Shown here in pieces: positions 61,042 through 64,000 of a DNA stretch of 64,000 bases (its first letter is position 1; every line of letters starts with the position of its first letter). Location: contig JBCBZJ010000006.1 of NCBI GenBank assembly GCA_039815375.1, forward strand, positions 1 to 64,000, written 5' to 3'. Source of the DNA: Verrucomicrobiota bacterium (lineage in GTDB: Bacteria; Verrucomicrobiota; Verrucomicrobiia; Opitutales; Coraliomargaritaceae). The notes under the pieces are model-generated. The model searched no databases. It had not been told where the DNA came from and saw only the letters and a list, made by a program, of their open reading frames with translations. A program made the position numbers and the translations under genes.

Positions 61042-63480
61042 ATGCGCTTTCTCAAACTTCCTTTCTTCGCAGCCTCTTTGCTGTCTTTCTCATTTGTGAG
61101 CCATGCACAGACCGCAAACGACCTGAACATGGGCTTGCAGGTTAGTCCCGGCTCAGTCAGTCAGAGCTTTACACTCTCATGGTTCGGCGAGTCCGGCTAC
61201 AGCTATTTTGTGCAAAATACGCCGGACCTTATGGCAGATTGGGGATGGTCGCCTGTGATTGAGAAGCCGACCACCGACGGTGCCATTCACTGGAATTTCA
61301 CCTCCGCCAATCCATCTTTTTTCTTTCGTCTGCAGAGGGTTAGCAATCCCGAAGGTAGTATGCTCTGGCGGATCGATTTTGATGGAGACGGCATGAATAA
61401 TGAGATCGAGTATGAGAGTTCCATACTTGACCCGTTTGTGGCCAACACAATTCCGGCCATCGCATTTTCGGTAGCCCCCGGCAATTACCCGACTGGTGGA
61501 ACCGTATCGATCAACACCGAGTCTGGACTCTATACCTATCTATATTACACAACCGATGGCAGTGAACCGACCATTTTTTCCGATACATTTGATGCAGCTT
61601 CACCGGTCAGCCTGTCGATGGATGCCGTCACGCAGATCAGAGCCAGGATCATCCTGCCCAATGGAAGCGAAGGCGCGGAAATTTCCGGCATTTACAAAAC
61701 AGGGGTAACGACCGGAACCGCACAGACGATCTACTACGGATGGCTGACGGCCACGAATAATTATGGCTACACAGACTCCACGGCCGATTTTGTTCCTCCT
61801 GTATCGAATACCTTCTTTCCAAAGAACTACATCACGATTGGAACCGGTTGGCTTTCTGGAAATAGTTTTATACCGGACACATCGGTTGCCTCACAAACCC
61901 TCTATTACGGACTAACCGCCGCTTACGCTGGAGGAATCTTTCGGATCGTCGAAGGCTACAGCACGGATAACAGTAGCTTTTATGATCCACGCCCAAATGG
62001 CACAGGCTATAACTATCGCGAAACAGGCAAGGGTTGGCTGACCGGCCACAATTCGATACAGGCTGATCTGAATGCAGCCTCGCAGGATATTTATCTCCAG
62101 AATATCTCTTTTTCAGCAAACGGGGAGCTATCGAATGTCTGGCTTTACACCACAGACGGCGGTTCAGCCACTTATGCTGGAAATAGCAGAACTTACGGGA
62201 TTGGCAAAGGCTGGATTACCGCACTTGAAACGATGATTCCCGACCAGACCTTGGCTGCTTCCGAAATCCGTCACTTTCTGGCCACCGCTCTGGGCAGCGG
62301 ATCGAACCGGATGGCAACTACCAACTATACATCCATAAGCGGCTATGGTCCTTTCGCGGACGTTAGTGTGCGTTTGGGGCAGGGCTGGCCAAGCGGCTCT
62401 GGAATGATTCCCGACAAAACTGTCATCCCGAGCGATATTTATTATGGAGGTAAAGTCTTTAATGGTGGTGTTTCCCGTCGGGTTCATTCCACCGTTGAAA
62501 CTGACATTTATCCGAATAACGGCACCGCAACCTGGACCAACCGGAATTTTGCCAACTTTGGCCCGGTTTACATGACATCGGGCGATACTTACGAGCAGGC
62601 ATGGCGCACCATGCCGCAAAGTGTCTATCGTGGCACGGACATCATCTGGCCGAGCCTCAGCAGCCCGGAAACTAATTTTCTGACCTACGACACCGGAGAT
62701 TTGAACACATCCCCGGCTCCTGAATTTCTGGGTGTCGGCTGGATCGAGAGTAATGCATTCCTTGAATACGTGGACGATCAGGACGGGCTCGATCTGACCG
62801 AGGAAATCGCCATCGGCACCAACCCCAACAGCTCCGACACCGATGGCGACGGGCTGAAAGACGGCTTCGAGCACGCCAGCGCCAATCTCGACCCACTGGT
62901 GCCCAATGCGCTGACCGCTCAGGATTTCGACGGTGACGGTCTCAACTCACTCGAAGAAATGCTCTACCGGGGCAACCCCGACAGTGACGACAGCGATGGA
63001 GACAGCCTCAAGGATTGGGAGGAAGTTGACCTTGGTACAGCCCTGCACCTGACCGACACAGACCTTGATGGTGTGGACGATGGAGACGAACGGGCTTTGG
63101 GCACGGACGCACTTAACCGTGACACGGATGGAGACGGCCTCCTCGATGGTGACGAAGCCACCTATGGCACCAACCCGCTTGTTGCCGATGCCTACGAACG
63201 TGATGGAGACAGCAACGCGGACGGGCTTGACGATTCCATCGGTCTAGTCCTCGGCTATGGCCCTTACGTCGATGATGCCGATGGCGACGGCGTTCTCAAT
63301 GCAGTCGAGATCGCACAGGGCACCGACCCTTTTGCCGCCGATAGTGATGGAGACGGCACTAATGACAATGCAGATGCCTTCCCGCTCGATCCGAATCTTA
63401 GCAGCCTGCCCGTCGTCGGTGGAGATACCACGGCGCCGGTCATCATATTGGGCGCACCCCAAAACGCAGTTGCTCTGTAA
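61042..63480 (+). CDS. Secreted protein with chitobiase/FN3-associated domain, internal GxGW repeats and DxDxDG Ca-binding repeats
   Basis: Signal peptide; YYTTDGSEPT; many DTDGDGLxD repeats. Confidence 0.8.
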   Translation: MRFLKLPFFAASLLSFSFVSHAQTANDLNMGLQVSPGSVSQSFTLSWFGESGYSYFVQNTPDLMADWGWSPVIEKPTTDGAIHWNFTSANPSFFFRLQRVSNPEGSMLWRIDFDGDGMNNEIEYESSILDPFVANTIPAIAFSVAPGNYPTGGTVSINTESGLYTYLYYTTDGSEPTIFSDTFDAASPVSLSMDAVTQIRARIILPNGSEGAEISGIYKTGVTTGTAQTIYYGWLTATNNYGYTDSTADFVPPVSNTFFPKNYITIGTGWLSGNSFIPDTSVASQTLYYGLTAAYAGGIFRIVEGYSTDNSSFYDPRPNGTGYNYRETGKGWLTGHNSIQADLNAASQDIYLQNISFSANGELSNVWLYTTDGGSATYAGNSRTYGIGKGWITALETMIPDQTLAASEIRHFLATALGSGSNRMATTNYTSISGYGPFADVSVRLGQGWPSGSGMIPDKTVIPSDIYYGGKVFNGGVSRRVHSTVETDIYPNNGTATWTNRNFANFGPVYMTSGDTYEQAWRTMPQSVYRGTDIIWPSLSSPETNFLTYDTGDLNTSPAPEFLGVGWIESNAFLEYVDDQDGLDLTEEIAIGTNPNSSDTDGDGLKDGFEHASANLDPLVPNALTAQDFDGDGLNSLEEMLYRGNPDSDDSDGDSLKDWEEVDLGTALHLTDTDLDGVDDGDERALGTDALNRDTDGDGLLDGDEATYGTNPLVADAYERDGDSNADGLDDSIGLVLGYGPYVDDADGDGVLNAVEIAQGTDPFAADSDGDGTNDNADAFPLDPNLSSLPVVGGDTTAPVIILGAPQNAVAL

Positions 63481-63503
63481 TATAATCTGATTTTTCAGTT
63501 TCC

Positions 63504-64000
63504 ATGTTTAAACAAGCCTTTCTTAGTTTTTCAGCACTCGCGTTGAGTGCCACCTTCGTGTGGTCGAATGACAGCAATCTGGCACACAATATTGATTCAG
63601 CCAAAGCCAAGCTTGAAGCCGACTGGACACCACCCGCACCCGAACAGAGTGCAACAGCGACACGCAAACGCCGCGCTCCGGCCGGTGTTCGGCATGGTAT
63701 CGCCACCCGCAGCTTGAGCGCTGCACCGCTGGACAAGGACATTACCGCTCTGTCCGCTTTTGCCGAGCCGATCCGTCCTTTGCCCGGCAGTTCCTCCGCA
63801 GCAGAAACCGCTGCCCTGTCCTCCGCACTCGGCGCCTATATAAACACGGCAGAGAGTGAGGTCATCGCCCCTCTGGCTCAATTTACCATAGACTATCCCG
63901 ATTCCCGCTGGACTCCGGGTATTTTGCTCAACCTCGGAACCATCAGCTACAACACAGGCTACTTTTCCAAAGCACTGGAGCACTGGTGGAATGCCTGGGA
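63504..64000 (+). CDS. Partial large secreted protein, probably the N-terminus of an Rhs/peptidase-C39-type protein (runs off window)
   Basis: Hand translation is open to the window end: MFKQAFLSFSALAL...YPDSRWTPGILLNLGTISYNTGYFSKALEHWWNAW (TPR-like). Confidence 0.6.
   Translation, partial: MFKQAFLSFSALALSATFVWSNDSNLAHNIDSAKAKLEADWTPPAPEQSATATRKRRAPAGVRHGIATRSLSAAPLDKDITALSAFAEPIRPLPGSSSAAETAALSSALGAYINTAESEVIAPLAQFTIDYPDSRWTPGILLNLGTISYNTGYFSKALEHWWNAW

Noticed and set aside
62164..62874. 236-aa minus-strand ORF
   Set aside because: Antisense shadow of the repeat-rich secreted protein.

Overview
The window is bacterial chromosome, most likely from Verrucomicrobiota (Opitutales/Coraliomargarita-like); this is inferred from protein style and a TGTTC-N4-GAACA-type LexA box. 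(1) 57-12887 is an integron-type gene-cassette array: 24 short, co-oriented cassettes separated by 24 attC hairpins. (2) 12.9-38.9 kb and 44.1-57.8 kb are housekeeping genes (cysE, fabD, mpl, trxA, scpA, lptD, glgB, galM, tRNA-Ser, cimA, lexA, peptide ABC transporter, ubiE, clpX-like, HU, hisS, purF). They are dotted with three copies of a MITE-like repeat and a partial tRNA duplication. (3) 39.1-44.1 kb is a complete type II-C CRISPR-Cas9 locus with tracrRNA and 5 spacers. (4) 58.3-60.0 kb is a second, 3-cassette array with no integrase gene. It begins at a 36-bp site that is nearly identical to the site heading the first array, suggesting a shared attI-like site that doubles as a promoter. 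(5) 60.2-64 kb encodes secreted proteins and the start of a probable Rhs-type gene. The most unusual signals are in the cassette system: twin attI-like sites 58 kb apart, self-consistent GAT/ATC (non-GTT) cassettes, a reciprocal 2-nt offset crossover scar, attC-encoded protein tails, and an octamer repeat that frameshifts one cassette gene. All functional calls come from motif recognition by eye; no searches were run.
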